Part shown: piece after piece, positions 12,701-63,730 of the stretch
How the letters are laid out: every line of letters starts with the position of its first letter
How positions within the stretch are numbered: the first letter of the stretch is position 1
NCBI GenBank assembly: GCA_965113315.1
Contig: OZ220369.1
Source: Podarcis vaucheri
Taxonomy: Eukaryota
Direction: 5' to 3' (one strand)
Length of the DNA: 64,000 nt
Made by a program: the position numbers and the translations under genes
Notes under the pieces: model-generated
Database searches by the model: none
Told to the model about the DNA's origin: nothing
Seen by the model: only the letters and a program-made list of their open reading frames with translations

Positions 12701-13175
12701 GTAGGAGCAAAAGCTGATCTGGGGGTTCTGGGATGCCCACATACCGAGAAGCATAACAGGGCCACCTGCAACAAGGGAGGGGACTCCAGGAGTCCCATGC
12801 AACATTCTGAGGAGCCACCTTGGCTTGGTAGACGGGTGGGTGTGTGTCCCTTCCCAACCGCCTGAAGCTGTCAAGGAATAGGGAACAACCTCCAGGCCCA
12901 CAACCCCAACCTGCCATGCGCCCTAAGGAGAGTCTCTGCTAGGCAGCTTTCTCTTTCTCTCTACTCGGGATGGCCTAATAACAGTCTCCAGGTCCAACAA
13001 AAATCTACCGCAAAGTAAAGCATACACTTGGGCCTGTGGTCCTTTGTCGCGGGGTTCCCCAGTGGGCCACTGGACAAGCTAGGCAGCCGTTCTCAGCCTT
13101 CACCCACTGTACCTGAAGCGGGGCTCCACGCAGGAAAGCTCCAGCATCAGCCACGACGTGCTCCACGGGAGCCAT
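8093..13175 (-). CDS. NOB1: RNA-binding protein NOB1 (PIN-domain 20S pre-rRNA site D endonuclease with Zn ribbon), 9 exons, 423 aa
   Basis: Exons on minus strand: 13113-13175 (MAPVEHVVADAGAFLRGAPLQ), 12414-12546, 11846-11979 (KKTGDYPSLSATDIQVLAL), 10956-11027, 10324-10473, 9992-10198 (GWITPSNI...CVTTDFAMQ; GC donor), 9222-9319 (LRCHGCF), 8922-9066 (FCPHCGNKTL), 8093-8362 (...KKFVKKR TGA). Total 1272 nt, frame continuous. Confidence 0.96.
9681..9714. repeat. (CT)n microsatellite in NOB1 intron 6
   Basis: Direct read. Confidence 0.95.
10540..10670 (-). mobile_element. tRNA-derived SINE fragment
   Basis: Minus strand shows a degenerate A box (CTCAGTGG) and B box (GGTTCAATCC); similar to 44985-45178. 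Confidence 0.6.
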
Positions 13176-13664
13176 TTTGCCCCACTTTAGACTGTGACTC
13201 CCAGGGCACTTTGGGAAGTGTAGTCTTTCCCCCGCTCTCCATTGTGGAGCATGCTGGGAACTGCGGCCCCACACAGGATAGTTCTCGGAAGAAAGGCATG
13301 CTGGGAGCTGTAGTTCCCTCTAAAAATCCTTTCTTCCTAGACTTAAAAAAGAATAGAAAGAGCATTGCATTGTTTGAAGGCGGGGCTTTTAATCTAATAT
13401 TTTTGATGCCGCCCACCCGCCTCCAAAGAATCCCGGATAAATAAACTTCCACTTCCAGTCCGACAATTTCCACTCCTGTCTCATCCCGACAACCGAAAGT
13501 CGGAGCCCCTGCAGCCACCCGCTTCCTCCGCCATTCCGCTCTAGCCGTCCCGGCTCCGTAGTCTCCCTTTCCACTTCCGAAGTATGTGTCACGTGACGTG
13601 TCACTTGTCACATGACCCATGACTACAGGAGGTGGAAGTGGGAAGAAGCTGGGAACCGTCGCCG
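13176..13664. promoter_or_regulatory. Bidirectional NOB1/WWP2 CpG-island promoter
   Basis: NOB1 ATG at 13175 (-) and WWP2 first-exon donor gccg|gtaagt at 13664 (+). ZNF143/SBS motifs on minus strand: GACTACACTTCCCAA (13211-13225), CCGCAGTTCCCAGCAT (13251-13266), AACTACAGCTCCCAGCATGCC (13295-13315). Also ETS ACTTCC sites, palindromic GTCACGTGAC (13588-13597) and GTCACATGAC (13607-13616). Confidence 0.8.
13622..13664 (+). other. WWP2: Predicted non-coding first exon of WWP2 (5' boundary approximate)
   Basis: Strong donor CCG|GTAAGT at 13664/13665 at the edge of the CpG island; next acceptor ttcatag|G at 16795/16796 lies 15 nt before the WWP2 ATG. Confidence 0.6.
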
Positions 13665-16513
13665 GTAAGTCTGGAGATTTGAGGGTGGGAAGCGGGGGGG
13701 TCTGGCCACTGCTGTGATTGACACATACGGATACCCACACCCGCTTGCTTGCTTGCTTGCCTGGTTTCCTTCTCTCCAACATTTTGAAAATCAGCGGGCA
13801 GCTTTAAAAAACAAAACACTCCTGAGTTTCTCTTTTTAAAAACAAACAAACATTCGTTTGTTTGTTTATTTATTTTTAGGGGTTGTTAGTTCCATCCCGC
13901 TTTTCAGGTTATAACAGCAACAACAACCCCCGCCCCGCGAAGCTACAGGAAAGGCGAAGGTGGCAAATGAAGGGATGAAGAAGCCAAAACCTTTAGAAAC
14001 GGAAGGCCTGAGCAAAACCCAAATATTTTTGCTGTATGTGTGTGTATATAATGTCGACAGGCTTGGAAACCGCAGGCACCCTGGGTCTCCAGCCCCACTG
14101 CCTGCCTGCCTGCCTTGTCCCTTGAAAGCTTTAAAGAGGGCAAGGGCTGTCTCTCTGAGTACCTCAGCAGCTGAGCTCTTCTGTTCAGAAGGTGCCCTTA
14201 AGATACGTATTTTCTATGAGGCGGACTGTTCTATGGTGAAGAGGGCCTCAGGCCCTTTAAGGCAGGCTACGTTAGCCTACTGCCTGCCCTTCAGTTTTGG
14301 ACTACAACTCTCATCATCCTTAGCCAGTACGGTTGTAGTCCAAAACGACTGGAGTATACTAGGTTGGTAAGAGCAGTGTTCAAAACTTCCATTGTTCTAG
14401 GCGCATTTTGTGACAAGGAATTTCATTAGTGTGAGCAGTTTCTGAGCTCTGGGCACAGTACTGCACCTAAGATTTCAGATTAAAACTGTGGAGTGGAAGG
14501 AAAGAAGGACCTTTTTCTGCCTCCCCACTTCCAGCTACTCTCTGAAGACTGGAGAAGAGACCCTCATAAGAATAGGGGTGTGTGTGAGAGCATAATGAAC
14601 ATAATATTTTAGCTGCAGTTTGTTCATTTTCAGCTTTGTATTGTTATTTTAAAAGTGTGCTGTTGTTGCACCCACAACCTAGGTTTAAGATGCCATTTAG
14701 CTCCTAGCTTCATATCACAGTTTCTAACACTGGATAAGAGTTGCTTTCATATGACTATGGACACCTGGTCTTATTTTTTGGCAGTCACTGTAGAGTTTTC
14801 CCCAGAGAGCTGGGCTGCCATTAACCTACTCAGCTGTGGGACAAATTGCTATGTTTTGTGCCAGTGGAAGTGTCCAGACAGTCTATATGGGGTGTGCTTT
14901 TCAGTTGTGTTGCTCCACAGTGCCTTTCTGTAGGATGAGGCTGCATCAAGGTGCCCTTCCTCCTTTTCTGAGGTACCCACAGAATAGCCTTTGGCTCTAC
15001 TAGGGGCACCATGACGTTCCTTGGACACATGCAAAGGAGGTTCATCCACTTATTTGCTTTGCTCAGATTATAGGGAAGTTTGTATTGCTTCTTTTATTGC
15101 GTTGCTTAATGTTTGGGATTCAGCTTTTCTGTTGGAACTGCTGTTTATGTGCTCACTATGCATAAGCGCAAGGACTGAGACAGGTTTGCTTCTTGAATTG
15201 GCTGATTGCTGCAGCTACTTGTAAAGATGTACTGTAGCCTGAGTGATACTGTTTAAACAAGAGGGTGTGTGTGCAAATGAATTGTGTAGATTCTTCCTGG
15301 TTGTGGCAAGGACTGCTGTGGGAAACATAGGAACTCTTTAAAGGAGCTCCAGAGAGTTCTACAAAGAGATAAGGGAGTAAAATCCTATTTCACAAAGGAG
15401 AGAGGACAGCACTCTCTGTCATGCAGATAACAGCTGATGTAGGCACGTCATGAGGCATGTTGAGTGATTTTTGCCACTGCCTCTTTCATTGCTGTGTGTG
15501 AACTATTGGACTTCTTGTTTGCATCTTGCTCATTTTGTTGAAAGGAACTACCAACATTGTTGTTCTCTGGGTACACTAGAACTGTACCCCTATGTGGGAT
15601 TGATCTAACACCATCCACCTATAATTTACCTTATGTTCTGTTTAACTCAATTTTTGGCTCATTCTCAATGCACCTGAGACCATGAAAGGAATGAAGTGAA
15701 TTGGTATGTGTGTCACCTATCACCTTCACAGAGTGCTGGGTTTGAAGGAGAGTAATAAATATGCAATGATTGAATGTGTTAATGATTAGCTGACTTGGTT
15801 TGGTTCCTCCTGAGCAGCTTGCGTGGTTGCTAGACTCACACTCTGTTGTGAACCAACTCTGTCTTCCTGCTCTTGGAGATCTGTAGCTAGTGCAAATCAA
15901 CAAACTCACTCTTCTGTGAGGGTTAGAAAGTGAGCGAGGAAACTCATTCAGGACGGGGTGTTCCTGCTTCTTCTTCTAACCTTACTTGCCCACTTGTCAT
16001 TCAGAGACTTAAAATACAAAACTTTTTATGATCCAGAAGCTCAAGCATGAAGAAGAAGTTCCTCCTCTTTGCTGAATGAAAAGCTCCCGAAGGGCTGCTG
16101 CTGCTCTTCATCAGAGCTTGGTGTGTGCAAACAAATGCTGGCAGTCTTTAACTGAGCTGTTCTGCACCCACTTCCTCTTTGTGTCTGTGCTCTGAAGCTC
16201 TCTTCTTCCTTCTGCCTTTGCTGTCTTACTCAGTGAGGGGAATTTCCCACACTACCCCCTGGGGCCTGGTTTTTCCGGAACTGTTGCTGGATTGGGGCTT
16301 CTGATGGTTCTCTTTAAGGAGCTCTATCTGTTCCAGGATTCAGAACTCAACAACTGGAAAAGTTCTAAGTTTGGAGGGTTCAGTTATCTGCATGGCTGTT
16401 GACAGCAAGGTATTTTCTGTCCTGAGCCAAAGGGGCAAACTTAGAGAAGCAGCAGGAAGCATGAGTAGCCAAACTCCTAGCATCCCACTCCATCAGGCTA
16501 TGCTAGCTGTGGC

Positions 16514-16642
16514 CATGGGCGTAGCCAAGGAGGGGCAGGGGGGCAACTGTCCCCCAATCAATACAAATCAATACGAATCTGAGGTTCTGTCCCCCCTAAT
16601 AAAAGCCTGCCCTCCCTAACAAAAACCCTGGCTATGCCCATG
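16514..16642. mobile_element. hAT-type MITE
   Basis: TIRs CATGGGCGTAGCCA / TGGCTATGCCCATG; flanking 8-mers gctgtggc and tctgtgac (6/8 match) fit a decayed 8-bp TSD. A related end occurs near 3956. Confidence 0.65.
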
Positions 16643-16810
16643 TCTGTGACTGATGGAAGCTGGAGCTCATAAACCAGGTTTCCTCCCATTCCCTAGTGCT
16701 GATGCTCCCAGCTCTGTGTCCAGTACCAGAACTTGGAGGAGGCTTGCCCCGACTTTTTAGACAATGTGTCACATGTTGCTCTCTCACTTTCATAGGCATC
16801 CAGCGATGAA

Positions 16811-50822
<34,012 letters not shown>

Positions 50823-52285
50823 CTCCAAAGAGACCCTCCTGGGAAGCCATCCTGAATACCTGGAAATGGAGCCAAATCTCCAGGAAGGAAGGAAGGTGGA
50901 AGGAGGTGGCTTTGTGGAAGAGGGATTGCCCAGGCCTAGATCTTGTGGTTGGAGAATTAGAGGCTGCAGAAGGTGCTCCCCTTCTCTGCCCCCTTCCCCC
51001 CCAAAAAAAAATATTCAGTTGCTTTCCAGCAGAGCAGTGGCTGCAAGTGGTATCCACCTCCTTCCCTGTGGATTCCTTGTACCAGTTTCTGAGCTATGCA
51101 GCCATTCTGCCCCACCTATGGGCCTCATGGGCTTTTGTTGTAGCTGCCTTTTAAAGCAATCCAGACCCACCCCCCCCACTGGTACCAACCCACCAGGACA
51201 TCCTGAACATTATGTCAAGGCATTCTGCACAGGAAAAAAGAGCACTTTTGAGAATTCCCCCCTTGCCAAGGACACTGGAGTGTGTTGCAAGCCCCTGCTC
51301 CAGATAGCTGCTGGGGATCGGTAGAGATGGGTGGGATCTAGAGGCAGGATTTCCTACAACTTTCCTAAACCCACCTCCTCTTTCCTGAGGCCTTTTCCCA
51401 CTCCCTGTGCTGGTAGGTGAGGCTTCTGTGCCCTGCAACCATGCTGGCTTTCTGCTGAGAGCAGTGGGCAGGATTTGGCCCACATCCCAGGCTCCTCTCC
51501 TCCCCAAACCCATGAAGCAGAAGACAGGGCAGGGCCCCAGGCAGTCCCCAGCTGTGTCATGGAGCAGGATCTGGGCTGTTCAAAGCAGCAAATGGGTACC
51601 CCACTGAACCCCAAAGGCTATAGACAAAGAGCCCTCAGGAAGAGAGCAGATGGCCTTTGGCCAGATTGCAGGAGAGGCCAAACCAGGCTTCAGCCAAGCA
51701 TGGAGAACCTGAGTCTCCTGATCTGAGCTGTTCCAAGTCTTGTTGGAAGTGGGGCATCTTCTTTTTCTGGAAACATTGGTGCCCAGTGAGCTGCAAGATT
51801 GTAGGGGGAAGCCTTCACCTTGAATGTCTACAAAACAGGTTATCCCAAGTGCAGAACTCTGAACTTTTTTGCACTAAAAGGCAGGAAGAAGGGGCAGGGG
51901 GTGAACCAGAAGAATCCCCTGTCTTTATTTCTGGATGGTTTTTTTTAAAAAAAAAATCCTCTGATTGGAGTATGTGTGGCTGGCACACCCTGAGAACAGG
52001 GACCAGATGCAAGAGTGGGAGTGGCATACGTCTGCGTGTGTGTCCTATGGCTACATAGGTGGGGATGCCTCAAGCCTCCACAGCAAGGTGTATGTCGGCA
52101 TATGAGAGCTGGACTGTGTGTGCGCGCGTGTGTTCGTTTGTTTGTAAGTAAGTGTGTATATAAAATGTGTATAAAAATGTGTATATAAATGTCTGTGGAT
52201 ACAAAGAATTGCAATAGCTTTTGATGGGGATCCTGGATAGTTTTGTACTGCATCATCCTGCCTCAGTGACGCCAATTTCTTGTGC

Positions 52286-52291
52286 AATAAA
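52286..52291 (+). terminator. WWP2 polyadenylation signal AATAAA (3'UTR about 1.5 kb)
   Basis: AATAAA preceded by several TGTA elements and followed by a GT-rich tract (gcttgtgggcttcatgtgtccctctgtgctttgg). Confidence 0.75.
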
Positions 52292-54714
52292 CAATCCGCA
52301 GCTGCTTGTGGGCTTCATGTGTCCCTCTGTGCTTTGGGATCCTGATGTGGCTTCTCCTGGGTGCTGGGTGGGGCGGTTCCCAAACGTGTACATGGCGAAG
52401 GTTGTTGCTGTGTTAGAGCCACAAGTGGGGGCACCACAGCTCTCATCGCCCTCTGGTCTGTGTGCTTCCCCCAATCCCCCCACTGTAGGATGACCCAGTT
52501 GAGAGTTTGGCCTGACTCCTGCCTGTTTCCCTGCTTGCAGGTGGAGGTTTTTGACCCCCTGTTCCTAATGCTCTCGCTTGAAAGGGAGCAAGGGGAACAT
52601 CCTGTAGACAGGCAAAGAAGGACAGCCCTAGGCAGGCCTGGAAAACCAGGGCTGACCAAAAGGGGTTAAATTCTCCTTGCTTTTAAGCACATCACCCAGC
52701 CCACTGCTGTGCTGCAAATACTGCGTCTGTCATACAACTCAGCAGTTAGACGAATCTCCCCATCTAGTCCACTTCAGCAGTGCAGAAGTGGCACACATTT
52801 TCGCAGCCCAAGAGGGGAGGGATAGCAGCTCCTGCCACTACTGCTCAAGGGCCTGCAAAGATTTGCATGCACTCAGAAGAGTGGAGAAAGGACCCCAAGG
52901 GGCTCAGTTGCAGGAGGGCTCATGTAGGCTGCTTGGACTTCAACGTTTTTCCTGTTCGGGTTTTGAAAGTGTGTGCCCAGAAGAGGCTGGGGAGAGTGGT
53001 GTTCTTATATGCAGGAGTGCCATTGGGCTTTCCAGGATGGGCACCTGGCAGGCCACTGTCAGAACAGCAGGCCCCTTGGGTCTGGTCGAGCTGCAGGGCT
53101 CTGCTTTTGTTCTCCGAATGCTCAGACGGGAAAGTCACATTTTGCAGCAGTCCCAGGCCGCCGCCACTGCCTTCCCCAGCTGACTTGTCTCCTGCTCCAA
53201 CCAGGGAAACCAAAGAGGCCCCCAAGCTAGCCTGGTGCCAAGGGAGCCATTGCAGGCCTGGCACACAGGCTGCTGCTCTTGGCATTTGGAAGCGAAGGTG
53301 GGGGGTGGGGGTGGGGGAGGTGTGACCACTTCCTCCAACTCTTTAGCGCACAACCAGAGCCAGAATGGCTCTACTGGGCAGAATTTGTTGCCAAAGACAA
53401 GCCCCTTGTGTTTCAGAGCAAGTTTCCAGGGCCTGGAGGGAGGGAATTTGCAAAGGCTTTTACCTGAAGGACTGTCAGAGGGGAGGGGTTGTGGCCTGTA
53501 GCGGAAATATTTCCCCTCCTCTCTGCCGGCTTTAAAAGCATGGCTTTGTCCCTGAAGGCAGAGAGCAGCCTTGTGTTGTGGGCAGAAGGAGGGAGCAGCA
53601 AAACATGTTTAGCTTGGCCAAGAGGCACAGGCTGGCTTTGTGAGCTCTGCTGCAGGGAAAGAAGATCACCCTGTTCTCTGGGGAAGCAAAGCAGCCAGAA
53701 ATTCCCACTGCTGGGGGAGTCATTCTGGGAAACCAGGAGGGCGAGCCCCATGCCCTTGTTTGGCCAGTGAAACCCTCACACATTCCAAACTGGAGGTGAG
53801 TGGCCCCTGCCAGCGTTAGGGTGTGACGGCTTGGAAGGTGTTGGGACAAGCTTTGCCATCTTCCAGGCTCTCAAGCTAGTTTGCTTTCTGTTCCATCTCC
53901 CAGGAGAAAACAAAAGCAATGGAGCCAAATAGCAGCAAAGTGACGGAGAGGAAGGCTGGGCCAAAGACAAGAGGGCAGTGGCTATTTTAGAAGCAGTGCT
54001 ATTAAGGCAGCTTGCAATGACTCTCACTTCCAAGATAACTTAAAGTGGCCGGGGGGTGGAGAGAACCTTTGGGTCTCTAGCTGTTGCTAGACTACAACTC
54101 CCATCATCCCTGGCTATGGTGGATGGGAGTGAAGTATCCAAAATAGCTGAAAGGTCACAGGTTTCTTGCCTCTGTTGGACTAACACTTTTGAAAGCAGGG
54201 GGAGCACAGGTCAGTAGATCAGTGGTTCAACTGACCTCCGCCCTGCTTGTAGCTTATAGGGCTGAAAAGCCTGTGCCCCTGTGGAGCCACAGCCAGGTGG
54301 AATAGATCATACAGGCCAGCAGAACTCTCATGAAAGGCAACCTCATCTTCTACTAGGGAGGGGCCATAGCTCAAAAGGTGAAGCACATTTGTGTGCAGAA
54401 GTTCCCATGCCTATTTTAAAGGCTCATTAGGCAATGGGAAAGACCTGTTGCCAGGAACAGATCCTATTTGGTTAAATGGACAGAGTCTGGTCTGGTAGAG
54501 GGCAGGATCCCATTTCCCCCCTCTTAGACTGTGTATTGTTTGGGGCATTCTAAGCAGAACCAGCAGGTCGCTCTGAGCTGAGGCAAATGGCTGCCCACCC
54601 TGTGCCATGATAATCCTATAAAGTCATTCAGATGAAAAATGACACCCAGCAAACTTCCAAACTTTTGCTTATTTAGCACCAATCTATTTACCAGTAGTTA
54701 GTGCACATGTTAGA

Positions 54715-55045
54715 GGGACACGGGTGGCGCTGTGGGTTAAACCACAGAGCCTAGGACTTGCCGATCAGGTCGGTGGTTCGAATTCCCGTGATGTGGTGAG
54801 CTCCCATTGTTCAGTCCCTGCTCCTGCCAACCTAGCAGTTCGAAAGCACGTCAAAGTGCAAGTAGATAAATGGGAAGGTCAATGGCATTTGCATGTGCTG
54901 CTCTGGTTCGCCAGAAGCAGCTTAGTCTCGCCGGCCACACAACCCGGAAGCTGTACGCTGGCTCCCTCGACCCAATAAAGCGAGATGAGCACTGCAACTC
55001 CAGAGTCGGCCATGACTGGACCTAATGGTCAGGGGTACCTTTACC
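54715..55045 (+). mobile_element. Sauria SINE (near full length) with target-site duplication
   Basis: gggacacgggtggcgctgtgggttaaa head, B box ggttcgaattc, body cctgccaacctagcagttcgaaagcac, (ACCTTT)n tail. Flanked by TTAGTGCACATGTTA (54698-54712) and TTAGTGCACGTTA (55046-55058). Confidence 0.9.
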
Positions 55046-56956
55046 TTAGTGCACGTTAATTCCTTATCCAAGCGAGCAAAGATGTTGGAGAGCATCCAGC
55101 ACAGACAGCTGTGAAACAAATCTGGTGACTTCCCTTGCAATTAGGAGCATCTCCTAATCCGTGCATGTTGCACACACGTCTGGAGGTAGGTACCTCATCT
55201 CTCTTTCCCTAGCAAAACACAGAACTTCAGTTATTTCTCTACCATGTTCTTCACTCTGCCAAAGGCAATTAGAGTACTGAATCAACTAATGAAACCAGAT
55301 CTTTTGGACATGATCTAGTCTTGCAATAAGCAGCAGCCTACTGGCTTCTAGATAGTTCTATTCAACCATTGTCACCTTGATTCTCATTCCTTCCACTATC
55401 AGCTACTGTGTTCGTGTTGAATTTCTCATCTGACTAGCCAGGACTCCAAGGGGGTGAGGGGAATGTCCTTTTTCACACAAGCAGCTTTGGGCTGCTTGGC
55501 TGTCTGACCTCCTTCCTAGTTTCAGAAAAGCCCTTCTGGATTCCATCAGCATCTTGCCAAAGCCACTTGGGAGAACTGCTGCCAATCCTTAACAGGCAGT
55601 TTCCTTTGTAATTAGAGGGGCTGCAGTGGGGGCTGAGTTTGAAGTCACCGTTGTCACAGGCTTGGCTGCTGTATCAGAGCTCTGCTCTTGCCGCTCTGGG
55701 AATTGGAGGGCGGCAGTTGTCGTAATCTCCAATTTCACTGGTGGGCCAAAGAGCCTGTAAATTAGCAATTCTTGTCCCAGGAACAAACATCTTACAGAGA
55801 GGTTTTGTCCTAAGCAAAGGGCCTACCCTGGGTATCTGACTTGCTGTAGAAAAGCAGATAACAAAAGACTTCACAGGGAAATGCAGAGGTTGTGTTTGTT
55901 TCCGCACAGGTTTGAATCCCAGTTTCAGGTCTCCCTACAGCAAATGGGCAGCCACTTGAAAAAGCAAAAGCAGAAACAGAATAAAAGTTCTGCAAAAAAA
56001 GGTCTCTGTTTGGGCCTCGGACAGATGTGTGCAAAAGCAATGAGAGAGGAAGAAACAAAAATCAAGGATGCTGCGCTGGAGAAAAGTGCAAATCTTTCCC
56101 CCTCGTCTCATAAAACAAGACCTCAGGCTCTGAAACTGATTGGTAGCTGACCTAAAACATGCAAAAGGAAGTACTTCACAGAATGCAGAAATAATTCACA
56201 GAATTCATTCCAGCAAGGTGTACTGATCACAAAAGCTAGGTATTTACATATATTTACGCGTATTTAAGTGTGCGCGCATGCATGCGTATCTACAAAACAA
56301 CAAACATAACAAAAAAGAAATAAAACGGGAAAATGACAAAAACAGAAGTGATATGCCTCTGAATACCAGTTGCTGGAAATTACAAGTAGGGAAAGTTACT
56401 GTTGTGCTCAGATCCTGCTTGCAGGCTTCCCACTGGCATCTGACTGGCCACTGCGATAACTGAATGCAGCATCAGATGGGCCTTTGGTCTGATGCAGCAC
56501 CCAGATTCTGCCCGTGTTCCTTTCTTCCATCTCTCTACCCTCCTCCTAAGTAAAGATGTCTTCCTTAAACCACTATGCCTGGGAAGTGGAAAGCAAACGA
56601 CATGGTCAAGGCGAAATATCTCCCCTTCATGCCACCTGTCTTGAAAGAGGCCATGGGTGAGGCAGGTTCCTAGTAAAGTAACCTCCTTTAGCCCCAAAAG
56701 TTTGGCAGCTTGTTCTTGGACAAGGTGGGCATACGTGGCAGTGGTAAGCAATTAATGGTCACCTCAGAGCAAGCAATCTCTCTAACCCTCTCCTGTTGTG
56801 CAACAGTCAAGAACTTGCCTCTTTTGTGGATAATGTGCAATTTTTACTCTCTTATTGTTTGATGGTTTTACTGTTGATGGCTTGTATGTCATTTAAACTT
56901 TTCCCTACTTTGGGGGTTGTATTGACTGATTTCTAAAGCCAGCTGCATGAGTGTTT

Positions 56957-56989
56957 GCTGCCACCTGGCGGCTGAAGCTCATTACTGCA
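56957..56989 (-). promoter_or_regulatory. Candidate CTCF site (core plus upstream TGCAG module) between the WWP2 and PSMD7 3' ends
   Basis: Minus strand TGCAGTAATGAGCTTCAGCCGCCAGGTGGCAGC: core CCGCCAGGTGGCAGC plus an upstream TGCAG at a plausible spacing for ZF9-11. Confidence 0.6.
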
Positions 56990-57579
56990 TGAGCTCTGGC
57001 AAAGATGTACCGGTTGTTGTTGTCTTTGCTGTACTTCAGAACAAATCCAGGCAAGAGCTGGCCTGTGGTCTACCTCTGATGTCATCTAGGGGTGCATGCC
57101 CCCATAACATACTTTCTTGGTTATGGGATTAAGCTTATGGTCTCACTGGCCAGACTGGATAGTCCAGTTTAGGGGAGGTGTCCGTGGGACCTGCTTTTGA
57201 ACACTGTGAGCAAACAAGACTAAGACTCTGTCTTTGTAGCTGGCTGAAGAGGCATTATGCCATGCCAGAGCTGACAGCTTTTGCTAAAGTGAAGACTAAC
57301 CAGGCTGTCTGCCCTAGTGCCATTTCTTGCTTCATGATGTATACAGATCAAGGACAGGGCACCTTTTTCAGTCAAAGGGCCACATGGCAGTGGTAGGCAG
57401 GGGCAGGGGCAAAAGTAGGTGGAGAAATTAATATACATTTCCCCTTTATGTAACAGCTTTTATTTCTACACACATTCCTCTCTCTCATCCATCCAGGCAA
57501 TTAGAAATATTAAGAATTCTGGGACACATTCCAGCCAGCCAAAAACACTCAAGGAGACTTCAAGCAGAGCTGGTGAGAA

Positions 57580-57700
57580 TCTCATAGAATCAGAGTTGGA
57601 AGGGAGCCTAATGGTCATCTAGTCCAACCCCCTGCAGTACAGGAATCTCAACTAAAGCATGCATTACAGATGGCCATCCAACAATTGCTTAAAAAATCTC
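57580..57700 (-). mobile_element. CR1 3' end, apparently inside a decayed hAT-like element (about 57345-57770)
   Basis: catagaatcagagttggaaggg...catctagtccaaccccctgc is the reverse complement of a CR1 terminus like that at 1954-2094. Confidence 0.65.
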
Positions 57701-57952
57701 CAGAAAGCACCTCAAGGGCCATGCAAAGTCCTGGGGGTGCATTTGGCCTCATGGCTTATGATCATCCCTGCCATAGATGGTCCAGTTAAACAGATATTGC
57801 TCAGGTCATCTCATCTTCTATCTAGCTACCCACCTACAAACCAAAGCAGTTCTGGGTACCCCCCCCCCACAAGCCTCTACTAACAAAAAAACCTACAGCC
57901 AGCACCAGAGTTCAGTTTACAAGGTTTTAATATACAAATACAAAATCCTACT

Positions 57953-63730
<5,778 letters not shown>

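Noticed and set aside
13147-13782. 211-aa minus-strand ORF across the bidirectional promoter
   Set aside because: Not in the NOB1 frame, no recognisable homology, overlaps dense promoter motifs.
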